Source: Patescibacteria group bacterium (lineage in GTDB: Bacteria > Patescibacteriota > Patescibacteriia > Magasanikbacterales > GWA2-37-8). From it: a DNA stretch of 64,000 bases. Made by a program: the position numbers and the translations under genes. Below the pieces are notes generated by a model, which did not search any database, was not told the origin of the DNA, and saw only the letters and a list, made by a program, of their open reading frames with translations. This document shows positions 8,865-18,215 of the stretch, piece after piece; the first letter of the stretch is position 1, and every line of letters begins with the position of its first letter. The stretch spans positions 9,371-73,370 of the forward strand of contig JAQWDH010000003.1 in assembly GCA_028705565.1 (NCBI GenBank), written 5' to 3'.

Positions 8865-11084
8865 TTATTTGCTGGCTATGGAAATATCATTGGACGAAAC
8901 CCATTGCGCGATTTTATTTACTTCGTCAAATCTTTTGGCATAATTGGCATCGCCCAAAGTCAAGACAATGAATTGTTTTTTTGTTTTTCTGGATTCTATC
9001 AACATTATCAAACAAGAGCCGGCCTCATCCGTGTATCCGGTTTTACTCGCGATGATTCTGTAATTTCTTCCGCTTTTGTTTATCAATTGATTCGTGCTCG
9101 CGACGCTGTGTTTAACTTTTTTATTTTGTTTGTTGATTCCGTAAAAGACAAAGTTTGTTTTACCGAGGGCGTCCTTTATATTTTTATTTCCAAGCGCCTT
9201 TGTAAATATTTTAAGAAGATCGCGGGCCGTTGATTTATTTTTTTCGTCCAAGCCGGTGACATCCGTTATCTTTGTGTTGTCCGCGCCCCAATTTTTAAGC
9301 CGCGCGTTAATCAATTTGATAAATTCTTTTTCCGAAGAACCTGACGCGGCGACGGACATGCGCGCGAGATTGTTCGCTGAATTTACGAGCATGGCGTTGA
9401 GCGTATCTGAATTTTTAACCTTTTCTCCGATTTTAAGAGCCAAAGTTTTACCTTCGGACGCGAATTTTTTGTCATACGCCGTGGTTTTTTCAAGTTTGGC
9501 GTTTTCAACCATCTCATAAGCGGTGAGGAGTTTCGTTAAGGAAGCGATTGAACGCGGTTCATCAATGTTTTTTCCAGATAGGATTCTTCCGCTCGGGTAT
9601 TCAGCCACGAGATAACTCGGCAGTTTGGTTTTTTTATAAACATCTTCAACCGACGTTTCATTATCTCCTAAAAATTTATTTTTTGACGAGACCAAACTGG
9701 CGTTAAGATAAATCGTTTCTCCCTCTGGTATGTTTAGCAATGTCGTAAGCCTGATTGTTACGAGATTGGATTTTTTGTAGCCCATGGCAGTAAAAGTTTC
9801 CTCGTCGGCTATGCGTCTTTTTTTGTTTTTTTCCATTACATAAATTTTGTTGCTGTCTTTTTGTTGTATTAAAACGCCATCGTTAAACATTATTGGAAAA
9901 ATAGCGGTTTGAAAATTTTTAATATCTTTCAGTTTATGAATTTCTGTCCGCAAGTTTTTAAAATTCACGCTAATCACATCATCGCTTAGAAGCGGATATA
10001 GGATATTGTCTTTAAATAAATAAACAGTGTCGTTAAGGTCGGAAATTTTATACAAAATACCCTGTGGCGGCGCAGTCGTGTCAACTGAAATTATCGGTCC
10101 TTTTTCATAACCATCCAAATCAGCGTCGCTCACATCAATTATTTCCTGCGGGTTGTATCCTAATTTTTTAACCGTTTCTTCGGACGCAAATCGCCGTATC
10201 GTGTCATAATCAGTGAGATATAAACCGGAAGAGGATTTTAATATGGAATAATTTGGAAGCGATATTTCTTTGCCGATTTCGTAATTGCTAAGTTCAGTTT
10301 CATCAACAGTGATTATCAATTCCGGATTGGCTCGCGAAGCGAGAGTAGCCATGCTTTTGAATTTTTTTCGTTTGCCGTCTTTTATCATCCAAACATCGCC
10401 GGTTGTTTCGGATTTTAAAAGCGAGCCGTCCGGATAAACTTGGCTGAACCAAGCGTTCCAGATATTCCAAAAATTAAGATTTCCGTGCAGATGCGGAGTA
10501 TAAGTGTAAAGAAATGCCGTCGCCCAGCTTTGCGGCACGACTTCCTGTTTGTCTATTTTAATCGCCGCGCCTATTTTTTTTACAAACGCGCTTTGTGTAT
10601 TTTCATAATACCAGCGAATGATTCCGGCCGCGCTGTCAACTTGTTTTCCGAAACCCTTGTGTTTTACGACGCTCGGGTTGCTCATACTGCAACTGTCGCA
10701 GACTCCATAACCGGTTGCCCAGTCAAGCTGTTTTTGAGTCGGTTTGTCGTCGGTTATCAAGCTTTGTTCTTTTTGCAAAGTCACCAAAAGAAATTTCGGA
10801 TTGATTTGGTATTTTTGCGCCGCGTCGTAAATAATATCAGTCGCTGTTTTTGATTGTCCTTCAGCGTCGCTTGTTGAGTAGGAGCTTAAATAACTGCCTT
10901 TGTTTTCCAAAAATGTCTGAACGGTCGCGCGGTCCAAACTTTGACTGTCCTGCATCTCCGCGTCAGAGAGAATAAAATGAGGGTTGAATTCAGTTTGCGC
11001 GTTAGCGACAAGAGGAAAAAAAGAAGCAACCGAAAAAATCGCCAACGCGAAAAAAGAAGTCATTTGTTTAACCTTGTTTTTCAT
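8865..11084 (-). CDS. secreted multidomain cell-wall protein with C-terminal D-alanyl-D-alanine carboxypeptidase (peptidase S11, PBP5-like) domain
   Basis: Signal peptide MKNKVKQMTSFFALAIFSVASFFPLVANA. An internal segment of about 50 aa is repeated twice. The C-terminus carries SxxK (SIASLTKL), SxN (VNSANN) and KTG (SKTGYT) motifs. Confidence 0.7.
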   Translation of the reverse strand: MKNKVKQMTSFFALAIFSVASFFPLVANAQTEFNPHFILSDAEMQDSQSLDRATVQTFLENKGSYLSSYSTSDAEGQSKTATDIIYDAAQKYQINPKFLLVTLQKEQSLITDDKPTQKQLDWATGYGVCDSCSMSNPSVVKHKGFGKQVDSAAGIIRWYYENTQSAFVKKIGAAIKIDKQEVVPQSWATAFLYTYTPHLHGNLNFWNIWNAWFSQVYPDGSLLKSETTGDVWMIKDGKRKKFKSMATLASRANPELIITVDETELSNYEIGKEISLPNYSILKSSSGLYLTDYDTIRRFASEETVKKLGYNPQEIIDVSDADLDGYEKGPIISVDTTAPPQGILYKISDLNDTVYLFKDNILYPLLSDDVISVNFKNLRTEIHKLKDIKNFQTAIFPIMFNDGVLIQQKDSNKIYVMEKNKKRRIADEETFTAMGYKKSNLVTIRLTTLLNIPEGETIYLNASLVSSKNKFLGDNETSVEDVYKKTKLPSYLVAEYPSGRILSGKNIDEPRSIASLTKLLTAYEMVENAKLEKTTAYDKKFASEGKTLALKIGEKVKNSDTLNAMLVNSANNLARMSVAASGSSEKEFIKLINARLKNWGADNTKITDVTGLDEKNKSTARDLLKIFTKALGNKNIKDALGKTNFVFYGINKQNKKVKHSVASTNQLINKSGRNYRIIASKTGYTDEAGSCLIMLIESRKTKKQFIVLTLGDANYAKRFDEVNKIAQWVSSNDISIASK

Positions 11085-11152
11085 AAGTGTTTGAAATTAT
11101 TATAACACAATTTCAAATGAAAAAATAGGCAAATTTAGTCAAAATAGTCAAT

Positions 11153-11183
11153 GGTTTTGTCAATGGTTTAATTTGACAAAACC
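11153..11183. promoter_or_regulatory. perfect 11-bp inverted repeat GGTTTTGTCAA-N9-TTGACAAAACC in a divergent promoter region
   Basis: Seen directly. Each arm contains a TTGACA -35-like hexamer. The plus-strand reading is TTGACA-N17-TTATTA, followed by an SD and the ATG at 11230. Confidence 0.5.
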
Positions 11184-11229
11184 GTTTATTTTGAGTTATT
11201 ATTGCTCATATCTTACAAAGGAGGAAAAA

Positions 11230-11592
11230 ATGACCGCGATAGGAGAAGAAAGATTTAGTTCTTTAATAAAAGGTTCTTTGATTATCAGTAGAAAGGGGAC
11301 AAGAGAGTGGTTAGAAAAAAATTTTGAAAATAATTACGGATTCTTAGAAATTTTTGAAAAAGAATTGGGGGACAGGAGTATCTGGACATTTTATTTTTCA
11401 AAAAATGTTTTCGTGGTAAAGTCAATTTTTCTTTTTGGTTTTAGTTTGAATTTTAGGGAGTATAAAGAAAGGGAAGGTTGGCGTTATGGAAAAGTCAACA
11501 TTTATAACATAAAAGAGCTGGAAAAAATTCCAAAGGATATTTGGGGTGAAATGGATAAACACCTCAAAAAAATAAACAATATTTTTTTCTAA
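11230..11592 (+). CDS. hypothetical protein (120 aa)
   Basis: Same strong SD context CAAAGGAGGAAAAAATG as the 2664/3045 genes. No recognisable domain. Confidence 0.5.
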   Translation: MTAIGEERFSSLIKGSLIISRKGTREWLEKNFENNYGFLEIFEKELGDRSIWTFYFSKNVFVVKSIFLFGFSLNFREYKEREGWRYGKVNIYNIKELEKIPKDIWGEMDKHLKKINNIFF

Positions 11593-11606
11593 TTGACGCT
11601 TAAATC

Positions 11607-11642
11607 AAAACCGTCCAGGGTTTGGCAAGGACGGTTTTTTTA
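11607..11642. terminator. rho-independent terminator between convergent genes (likely bidirectional)
   Basis: Hairpin CCGTCC-agggtttggcaa-GGACGG followed by TTTTTTTT on the plus strand, with an A-run upstream. Confidence 0.7.
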
Positions 11643-11662
11643 ATTGAATTTTTTGGAAAAAA

Positions 11663-14299
11663 TTATTTTACTTCCAATGTGATTTTTCCTTTTTTAGCGT
11701 CAATCACTGCTGTATCGCAGTCTTTTATTTCTTTTTCTATTATACGCAAAGCGAGCTTGTCCAGAATTTCGTTTTGTATAACTCGTTTTAGCGGACGCGC
11801 GCCATAATTCGGGTCGTATCCGGTTTTAGCGAGATAATCTTTCGCTGCCGAAGAAATTTTAATTGATATTTTTTTATTGTTCAGTCGTTTTTGCAATTTT
11901 TCAATCTGCAAATCAACGATTTTTTCAATCATTTTTTTCGTGAGAGAATGAAAAACAATAATTTCATCAACGCGATTCAAAAATTCCGGCTTGAAATGAT
12001 TTTGCAGCTCTTCTTTTATTTTGGCTTCAATTTTTTCTTCAATTTTATCGTCTTTTTTTCCGTTTCCTTCGGAAAATCCCAATTCCCCGCGCTCGCTCAT
12101 TTCTAAAAGCATGGAGCTGCCTATATTTGAAGTCATAATAATCACCGTGTTTTTAAAATTGACTTTTCTGCCTTTCGCGTCGGTAACATGTCCATCGTCC
12201 AAAATTTGCAAAAGTATGTTAAAAACATCCGGATGAGCTTTTTCAATTTCATCAAAAAGTATCACTGAATACGGGCGGCGGCGGACGATTTCCGTGAGTT
12301 GTCCGCCTTCTTCATATCCTACATACCCGGGAGGGGAGCCAATGATCTTTGAGATGCTGTGTTTTTCCATATATTCGCTCATGTCAACTCGCACCAGCGC
12401 GTCTTCCGTGTCAAACATAAATTCAGCAAGCGCTTTGGCGAGTTCGGTTTTGCCGACACCTGTCGGTCCGAGAAAAATAAACGAGCCGATAGGACGATTC
12501 GGTTCGGAAACACCGGCGCGCGAACGGCGAATGGCATTTGTAACCGATTCAATGGCTTTTACTTGTCCGACGACTCGCGCGGAAATAACTTCTTCCATGC
12601 GCGCGAGTTTATTAGATTCGTTTTCCAGCATTTTTGACACTGGAATTCCGGTCCAACGCGCCACGACAGCCGCGATATCTTCGTTCATGACCTCTTCTTT
12701 CAACATCCCGTGTTTTTTTTGAATTTCGTTTAGTTTTTTTTCTTTATTTTTAATATCTTTTTCTAAATTCGGTATTTCGCCATAGCGAATCTCGGCAACT
12801 TTTTGCAAATCGCCTTTTCTTTCTTCTATTTCCGCTTTTTGTTTTAATTTGTCTATTAGTTTTTTTGATTCGTGAATTTCAGAGATAAGCGATTTCTCAT
12901 TTTTCCATTGCATTCCCAAGCCGGATTCTTTTTCTTTCAAATTTGCCAGGTCGCGTTCTATCTTTTTTAACCTGTCTTTCGCTTCGTTGTCTTTTTCTTT
13001 CGCGAGCGCGCGTTTTTCTATTTCCAATTTTATTATCACTCGTTTTATTTTATCCAATTCATCAGGCATGGAATCAATTTGCATCCTCAAACCTGACGCG
13101 GCTTCATCTATAAGATCAATCGCTTTATCCGGTAAAAATCTGTCGGTAATGTAACGTTCAGAAAGTTCAACGGCCGAGATAATCGCCGAGTCAGTGATTC
13201 TAACCCCGTGATGCACTTCGTATTTTTCTTTAATTCCGCGTAAAATCGCGATTGTGTCTTCTGCGCTTGGTTCGTTCACCATTACAGGCTGGAATCTTCG
13301 TTCCAGCGCCGCGTCTTTTTCAATGTGTTTTTGGTATTCTTTAAGCGTTGTCGCTCCTATCATATGCAATTCGCCTCTGGCTAAAGCGGGTTTTAATATG
13401 TTTGCCGCGTCCATAGCGCCTTCGGAAGCTCCGGCGCCAACGATTGTGTGAAGTTCATCCACAAAAAGAATAATTTTACCCGCCGCTTTGTCAACTTCTT
13501 TGATGACGGCTTTCACTCTTTCTTCAAATTCTCCGCGGAATTTAGTTCCGGCCAAAAGGGAACCGATGTCAAGAACAATCAGATCTTTGTCGCGTAAAAA
13601 TTCCGGCACATCTCCATTGACAATACGTTGCGCCAACCCCTCCGCGATTGCGGTTTTTCCGGTTCCAGGTTCGCCGATAAGCACGGGATTGTTTTTTGTT
13701 CTGCGCGAAAGTATCTGCATCACTCGGCGGATTTCCTCGTCGCGTCCGATGACAGGGTCTATTTTTTCTTTGCGCGCGAGGTCGGTTAAATTTTTGCCGT
13801 ATTTTTGTAGAGCGTTGTATTTGCTTTCCGGCTCCGGCGAATCAACTTTTTGCGTTCCGCGGATTGAAGCTAAAATTTTTAAAATTTCGTCGTAGGTCGC
13901 TCCGTAATTATTTAAAATTACGCTTATCGGATTGCGTCCCGAAATCATAGCCAAAAGCAAATGTTCAACGCTGATATATTCGTCTCCCATTTTTTTTGCT
14001 TCCGCGTTCGCTGTTTGAAACATTGACGCCGTGGCTTGTCCCAAATAAATTTGTCCGGTTTGTCCAGCGGCAAACGCCTGCTGCTTTGGCAATTTTTTGA
14101 TTAAAGATTGGATATCCGTTTGCAGATGGTTGATTGGAACATTAAGTTTTTGAAAAATAGAAACTACAACACCGGTCTCGTCTTCTATAAGAGAAGCAAG
14201 GATGTGCGGCGGGTCAACTTGTTGTTGCCCGTTTTCAGCGGCGATTTGCGCCGCTCTTTGTATCGCTTCCTGCGATTTATTTGTAAAATTTTGAGGCAT
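11663..14299 (-). CDS. clpB: ATP-dependent chaperone ClpB
   Basis: Two AAA+ modules (GEPGTGKT and GPTGVGKT Walker A), a long coiled-coil middle domain, and an N-terminal Clp-N repeat. Confidence 0.9.
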   Translation of the reverse strand: MPQNFTNKSQEAIQRAAQIAAENGQQQVDPPHILASLIEDETGVVVSIFQKLNVPINHLQTDIQSLIKKLPKQQAFAAGQTGQIYLGQATASMFQTANAEAKKMGDEYISVEHLLLAMISGRNPISVILNNYGATYDEILKILASIRGTQKVDSPEPESKYNALQKYGKNLTDLARKEKIDPVIGRDEEIRRVMQILSRRTKNNPVLIGEPGTGKTAIAEGLAQRIVNGDVPEFLRDKDLIVLDIGSLLAGTKFRGEFEERVKAVIKEVDKAAGKIILFVDELHTIVGAGASEGAMDAANILKPALARGELHMIGATTLKEYQKHIEKDAALERRFQPVMVNEPSAEDTIAILRGIKEKYEVHHGVRITDSAIISAVELSERYITDRFLPDKAIDLIDEAASGLRMQIDSMPDELDKIKRVIIKLEIEKRALAKEKDNEAKDRLKKIERDLANLKEKESGLGMQWKNEKSLISEIHESKKLIDKLKQKAEIEERKGDLQKVAEIRYGEIPNLEKDIKNKEKKLNEIQKKHGMLKEEVMNEDIAAVVARWTGIPVSKMLENESNKLARMEEVISARVVGQVKAIESVTNAIRRSRAGVSEPNRPIGSFIFLGPTGVGKTELAKALAEFMFDTEDALVRVDMSEYMEKHSISKIIGSPPGYVGYEEGGQLTEIVRRRPYSVILFDEIEKAHPDVFNILLQILDDGHVTDAKGRKVNFKNTVIIMTSNIGSSMLLEMSERGELGFSEGNGKKDDKIEEKIEAKIKEELQNHFKPEFLNRVDEIIVFHSLTKKMIEKIVDLQIEKLQKRLNNKKISIKISSAAKDYLAKTGYDPNYGARPLKRVIQNEILDKLALRIIEKEIKDCDTAVIDAKKGKITLEVK

Positions 14300-14324
14300 A
14301 AAATAAAAGTTATTTAATGTAAAT

Positions 14325-14351
14325 TTATCACTCTAATTGCGAGAGTGATAA
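14325..14351 (-). promoter_or_regulatory. CIRCE-like inverted repeat TTATCACTC-N9-GAGTGATAA (HrcA-type operator) 26 nt upstream of the clpB start
   Basis: Matches 16 of 18 positions of the CIRCE consensus TTAGCACTC-N9-GAGTGCTAA, with symmetric G-to-T changes. Overlaps the putative -10 (TATTAT). Confidence 0.6.
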
Positions 14352-14377
14352 TATCATATTTTGGCGGAGGTTGTCAA
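14348..14377 (-). promoter_or_regulatory. putative sigma70-like clpB promoter (-35 TTGACA, 18-nt spacer, -10 TATTAT on the minus strand)
   Basis: Read directly from the reverse complement of 14348-14377. Confidence 0.5.
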
Positions 14378-14451
14378 ATGGTCTTGACAAAATACCCCGC
14401 GACAATTGGTTCGTGGTCGGGTTTATTTCTAAATTTTGCGCTAAATAAACT

Positions 14452-14480
14452 TTGTCAATATCCGCGCTGTTTGCTATAAT
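14452..14480 (+). promoter_or_regulatory. putative sigma70-like promoter TTGTCA-N17-TATAAT about 90 nt upstream of the GT26 gene
   Basis: Seen directly; near-consensus hexamers with a 17-nt spacer. Confidence 0.55.
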
Positions 14481-14568
14481 GGGACTGTCGTTGAATGATA
14501 ACAATTGGAGTTTACCTCGTCGGATGACGGGGCGGGAATGACAAAAGACAACAATTGCCGCAAGTCCT

Positions 14569-15318
14569 ATGAAGCGATATTTTTTGGAAGTAAAATTAGA
14601 CGATACATCAAAAGAAGATGCAACTGAAAAAGTTGTCGGTTTTTTGTTCGGCGAAAAACAAAATATGATTTTTACGCCCAATCCGGAAATGATAGTAAAA
14701 GCGCAAAAAGATTTGTATTTTAAAGAAGTATTGAATAAAGGCGATTTGAATTTGTGCGATGGCGCCGGCTTGGCGTTGGCGACCGGCATAAAAAGAATCC
14801 CTGGTGTTGATTTTATGATGGAAATTTGTAAAATCGCCGAAAAAAAGAACAAAAGCGTTTATTTGCTGGGGACCGGTGATGATAAAATTATAAAAAAAAC
14901 AGCTGATAATTTGATTAAATCATTTCCAAAATTGAGAGTCGTTGGCTTTGACATCGGGCCGGAAATTGAAGAATCGGGTGTTAATAATTATGAATTAAGA
15001 ATTATAAATAACGATGCGATTGTTGAAAAAATAAACAAAGTTATGCCGGATGTTTTGTTTGTCGCGTTCGGAATGGGAAAGCAGGAAAAATGGATAAATG
15101 AAAATTTGAGGAAACTGCCAAGCGTTAAAATGGCAATGGGCGTTGGCGGCGCGTTTGATTATATTTCCGGCGTTATTCCGCGAGCGCCTTTATTTTTACG
15201 CAGAATTGGTTTAGAATGGCTGTACAGGATGATAAGACAGCCGAACCGAATCGGCAGGATATTTAACGCAACTGTTGTTTTTATTTTTTTCTTAATAAAA
15301 AATAAATTTAAAAAATGA
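14569..15318 (+). CDS. WecB/TagA/CpsF-family glycosyltransferase (GT26)
   Basis: ..IFTPNPEMIV.., ..LLGTGDD.. and the C-terminal ..GVGGAFDYISGVIPRAP..WLYRMIRQPNRIGRIFN typical of the WecB/TagA family. Confidence 0.75.
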   Translation: MKRYFLEVKLDDTSKEDATEKVVGFLFGEKQNMIFTPNPEMIVKAQKDLYFKEVLNKGDLNLCDGAGLALATGIKRIPGVDFMMEICKIAEKKNKSVYLLGTGDDKIIKKTADNLIKSFPKLRVVGFDIGPEIEESGVNNYELRIINNDAIVEKINKVMPDVLFVAFGMGKQEKWINENLRKLPSVKMAMGVGGAFDYISGVIPRAPLFLRRIGLEWLYRMIRQPNRIGRIFNATVVFIFFLIKNKFKK

Positions 15319-16838
15319 TAATTAAAAAATCAAATATGATTATAACTCGTTTTGCTCCCAGTCCGACCGGATATTTGCATATCGGAGGTTTGCGCACAGC
15401 GCTCTATTCATATTTAATCGCCAAACAAAGCAATGGCAAGTTTTTATTGCGAATAGAAGACACGGACAGGGAAAGATTTGTAGCCGACGGAGTTTTAAAT
15501 ATTTTAAAATCTTTGTATTGGGCCGGAATAATTCCCGATGAAGGAGTAAAACTTGACTGTGAATCAATCGTTGGCGAATGCGCCGCTACGCAAGAAGGGG
15601 AGAGCGGACCGTATGTTCAGTCCGAGCGTTTGGAAATTTATCAAAAATATGCCGATGAGTTGATTGAAAAAGGATTTGCTTATTATTGTTTTTGCGCGCA
15701 GGAAAGATTGGAAGAATTGCGTAAAAAACAGCAAGAAAACAAACAGGCGACGGGATACGACGGGCATTGTCGCGAAGTTGACATTAAAGAAGCAAAAAAG
15801 AAAATAGCGAACGGAGAAAAATACGCGGTGAGAATGAAAATGCCGAAAAACGGAGTAACGATTTTTCAAGATTTGATTCGCGGAGAAGTGTCATTTAAAA
15901 ATGAACTGGTTGACGACCAGGTAATTTTAAAATCAGATGGTTTTCCGACATATCATTTGGCAGTGGTTGTGGACGACCATTTGATGGGCATTACTCATAT
16001 CATAAGAGGCGAGGAGTGGCTTTCAAGCGTTCCGAAGCATATTCAACTTTATAAATATCTCGGTTGGGAACCGCCAAAATTTGCTCATTTACCCCTGCTT
16101 TTAAATTCCGACAAATCAAAACTTAGCAAGAGACAAGGGGATGTTTCCGTGAGCGATTATATCAAAAAAGGGTATCTGCCGGAAGCGTTGATAAATTTTG
16201 TCGCTTTTCTCGGCTGGAATCCCGGAGGCGAGAAAGAAATATTTTCTTTAGACGAACTTGCCAAAGAATTCAGTTTGGAAAAAGTCGGTAAAGCCGGGGC
16301 TGTTTTTAATCTGCAAAAATTGGATTGGTACAATCAACAATATATCCGCCGTTTGGCTCCTAGAGAATTTGTAGCGCGCGCGTTGCCATTTTTGGCTGAT
16401 GGAAAATTATTGACAGAACCGAAGATTGAAAACGAGGAACACGAAAAACGGCTGGAAAAAATTTTAGGATTGGAAAGAGAAAGAATCACGACTCTGTCAG
16501 AATTGCCGGAAATGATAAGATTCGCGTTTGAATTGCCTGATTATGAATCGGAACTTTTGGTTTGGAAAAAAAGCTCGGCCGAGGAAGCTAAAAACGCGCT
16601 TTCGGAAGTTAAAGAATATCTGAATAAATTCAGCGTTCAAGAGTGGACAAAAAATAATTTGGAACAGAAGACAGGGGAGTGGATTAAAGAAAAAGGGTAT
16701 GGCAATGGCGTTGTTTTATGGCCTTTGCGAGTAAGCTTATCAGGACAAAAAGATTCGCCGGGGCCGTTTGAAATTATGGACGCGCTTGAAAAAGAAGAAA
16801 GCATAATCCGTCTTGAAACGGCCATCGCTAAATTTTGA
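15315..16838 (+). CDS. gltX: glutamyl-tRNA synthetase
   Basis: RFAPSPTGYLHIGG (HIGH region) and KLSKR (KMSKS-like). Start overlaps the upstream stop (ATGA). Confidence 0.9.
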   Translation: MIIKKSNMIITRFAPSPTGYLHIGGLRTALYSYLIAKQSNGKFLLRIEDTDRERFVADGVLNILKSLYWAGIIPDEGVKLDCESIVGECAATQEGESGPYVQSERLEIYQKYADELIEKGFAYYCFCAQERLEELRKKQQENKQATGYDGHCREVDIKEAKKKIANGEKYAVRMKMPKNGVTIFQDLIRGEVSFKNELVDDQVILKSDGFPTYHLAVVVDDHLMGITHIIRGEEWLSSVPKHIQLYKYLGWEPPKFAHLPLLLNSDKSKLSKRQGDVSVSDYIKKGYLPEALINFVAFLGWNPGGEKEIFSLDELAKEFSLEKVGKAGAVFNLQKLDWYNQQYIRRLAPREFVARALPFLADGKLLTEPKIENEEHEKRLEKILGLERERITTLSELPEMIRFAFELPDYESELLVWKKSSAEEAKNALSEVKEYLNKFSVQEWTKNNLEQKTGEWIKEKGYGNGVVLWPLRVSLSGQKDSPGPFEIMDALEKEESIIRLETAIAKF

Positions 16839-16896
16839 GATGAACGATTTTCGTTATTCGGCGACAGTCCCGGAAGTTCTCCGTGTCATTTGTCCG

Positions 16897-16926
16897 TTGA
16901 CCGTTGTCCACTGACCATTATATAAT
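16897..16926 (+). promoter_or_regulatory. putative promoter TTGACC-N18-TATAAT ending 6 nt before the ATG at 16933 (leaderless transcript candidate)
   Basis: Seen directly. No SD lies between the -10 and the ATG. Confidence 0.4.
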
Positions 16927-16932
16927 ACAGTC

Positions 16933-18174
16933 ATGCGAAAAATAATATTTTTTTTCTCAATTATTATCGCGTTGGCAGCCGGTTTATTATTTAAGCCGGA
17001 TTTTGCGTTTGCCTCGGAAGTCGGCGGAAGCAAGGAAGAAATAGATGAATTGAATCAACAAATAAATCAGCGCAAAGACAAAATAAAACAGTTGGAAGAA
17101 ACAATCGGCAAATATCAAAAAAATATAGACGAGAAGCGTTTGGAGGCAGTATCTTTAAAAAATCAGATGAGTATTTTGGACAACAGAACGGCGCAAGTCG
17201 AAGCTGATATTGAATTGACAAAAGAAAAAATAAATGAAGCGCGTTTGGAAATTGAGGCGCTTGAGTTGACAATTAAAGAAAAAGAGACCGCGATAGCGAG
17301 ACAAAAAAGAATCATCATAAAAATAATGCAAAATGTCAACGCGCAGGACCAAAAGAGTTATTTGGAGATTCTTTTGACTAATAAAAGTTTTTCCGATTTT
17401 TACAACCAAGTTCAATATCTGGAAAACATTTACACGGATTTGGGAAGTTCAATAAAATTATTGCGGCTGATGAAAGAAGACTTGGAAGCGAAAAAAAAGC
17501 AGATTGAAGACAAAAAAACGCTTTACGAGCAACTGAAAAAAGATTTGGAAGAGAAAAAAAACAATTTAAAAGAACAGACAAACATAAAACAAAATTTGTT
17601 GGCGCAAACGCATTCGTCAGAGTTAAAATACAGGACTCTTTTGTCAAGTTTAAAACAACAATATCAGGCGGTTGAGAATGAAGTGAGAAATTATGAAGAG
17701 CAGGTGCGTAAAAAATTGGCAGAGGAAGAAAAATTCAAACAATTGCAGGAAGCCGGCAGTGTTATTTTATCGTGGCCTGTTTTGGGGCGGTACATCACTT
17801 CTATTTTTCACGACCCGGATTATCCGTATCGCAATGTATTTGAGCACAGCGGAATAGATATTCGTTCTCCGCAAGGTTCTCCTGTAAAGGCCGCGGCCGC
17901 TGGTTATGTGGCTCGAGCCAAGAGATGTTCAAATTCATCTTGCTACAGTTATGTGCTCATAGTGCACACTGGCGATATATCCACGCTTTACGGACACTTG
18001 AGTACTGTTTTGGTGGAAGCCGACCAGTTTGTAAATAGGGGAGATATTATAGGTTATAGCGGAGGCACGCCAGGCACTGTTGGAGCCGGACCGTTCGTTA
18101 CCGGTCCTCATTTGCATTTTGAAACGCGTTTAAACGGGATTCCGGTTGATCCAAGAAGATATTTGGCTGATTAG
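16933..18174 (+). CDS. secreted M23-family peptidase with long N-terminal coiled coil (EnvC-like murein hydrolase activator/peptidase)
   Basis: Signal peptide, a K/E/Q-rich coiled coil of about 230 aa, and a C-terminal LytM/M23 motif (..GIDIRSPQGSPV..YGHLS..GPHLHFE..). Confidence 0.75.
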   Translation: MRKIIFFFSIIIALAAGLLFKPDFAFASEVGGSKEEIDELNQQINQRKDKIKQLEETIGKYQKNIDEKRLEAVSLKNQMSILDNRTAQVEADIELTKEKINEARLEIEALELTIKEKETAIARQKRIIIKIMQNVNAQDQKSYLEILLTNKSFSDFYNQVQYLENIYTDLGSSIKLLRLMKEDLEAKKKQIEDKKTLYEQLKKDLEEKKNNLKEQTNIKQNLLAQTHSSELKYRTLLSSLKQQYQAVENEVRNYEEQVRKKLAEEEKFKQLQEAGSVILSWPVLGRYITSIFHDPDYPYRNVFEHSGIDIRSPQGSPVKAAAAGYVARAKRCSNSSCYSYVLIVHTGDISTLYGHLSTVLVEADQFVNRGDIIGYSGGTPGTVGAGPFVTGPHLHFETRLNGIPVDPRRYLAD

Positions 18175-18215
18175 ATATGATGTCATCCTTAAAATAATTA
18201 TCAATATTTATAGAT

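Noticed and set aside
14328-14852. 174-aa minus-strand ORF spanning the clpB upstream region and the 5' end of the GT26 gene
   Set aside because: It overlaps a well-supported plus-strand gene and promoter/operator elements, has no SD and a low-complexity composition, and is therefore spurious.
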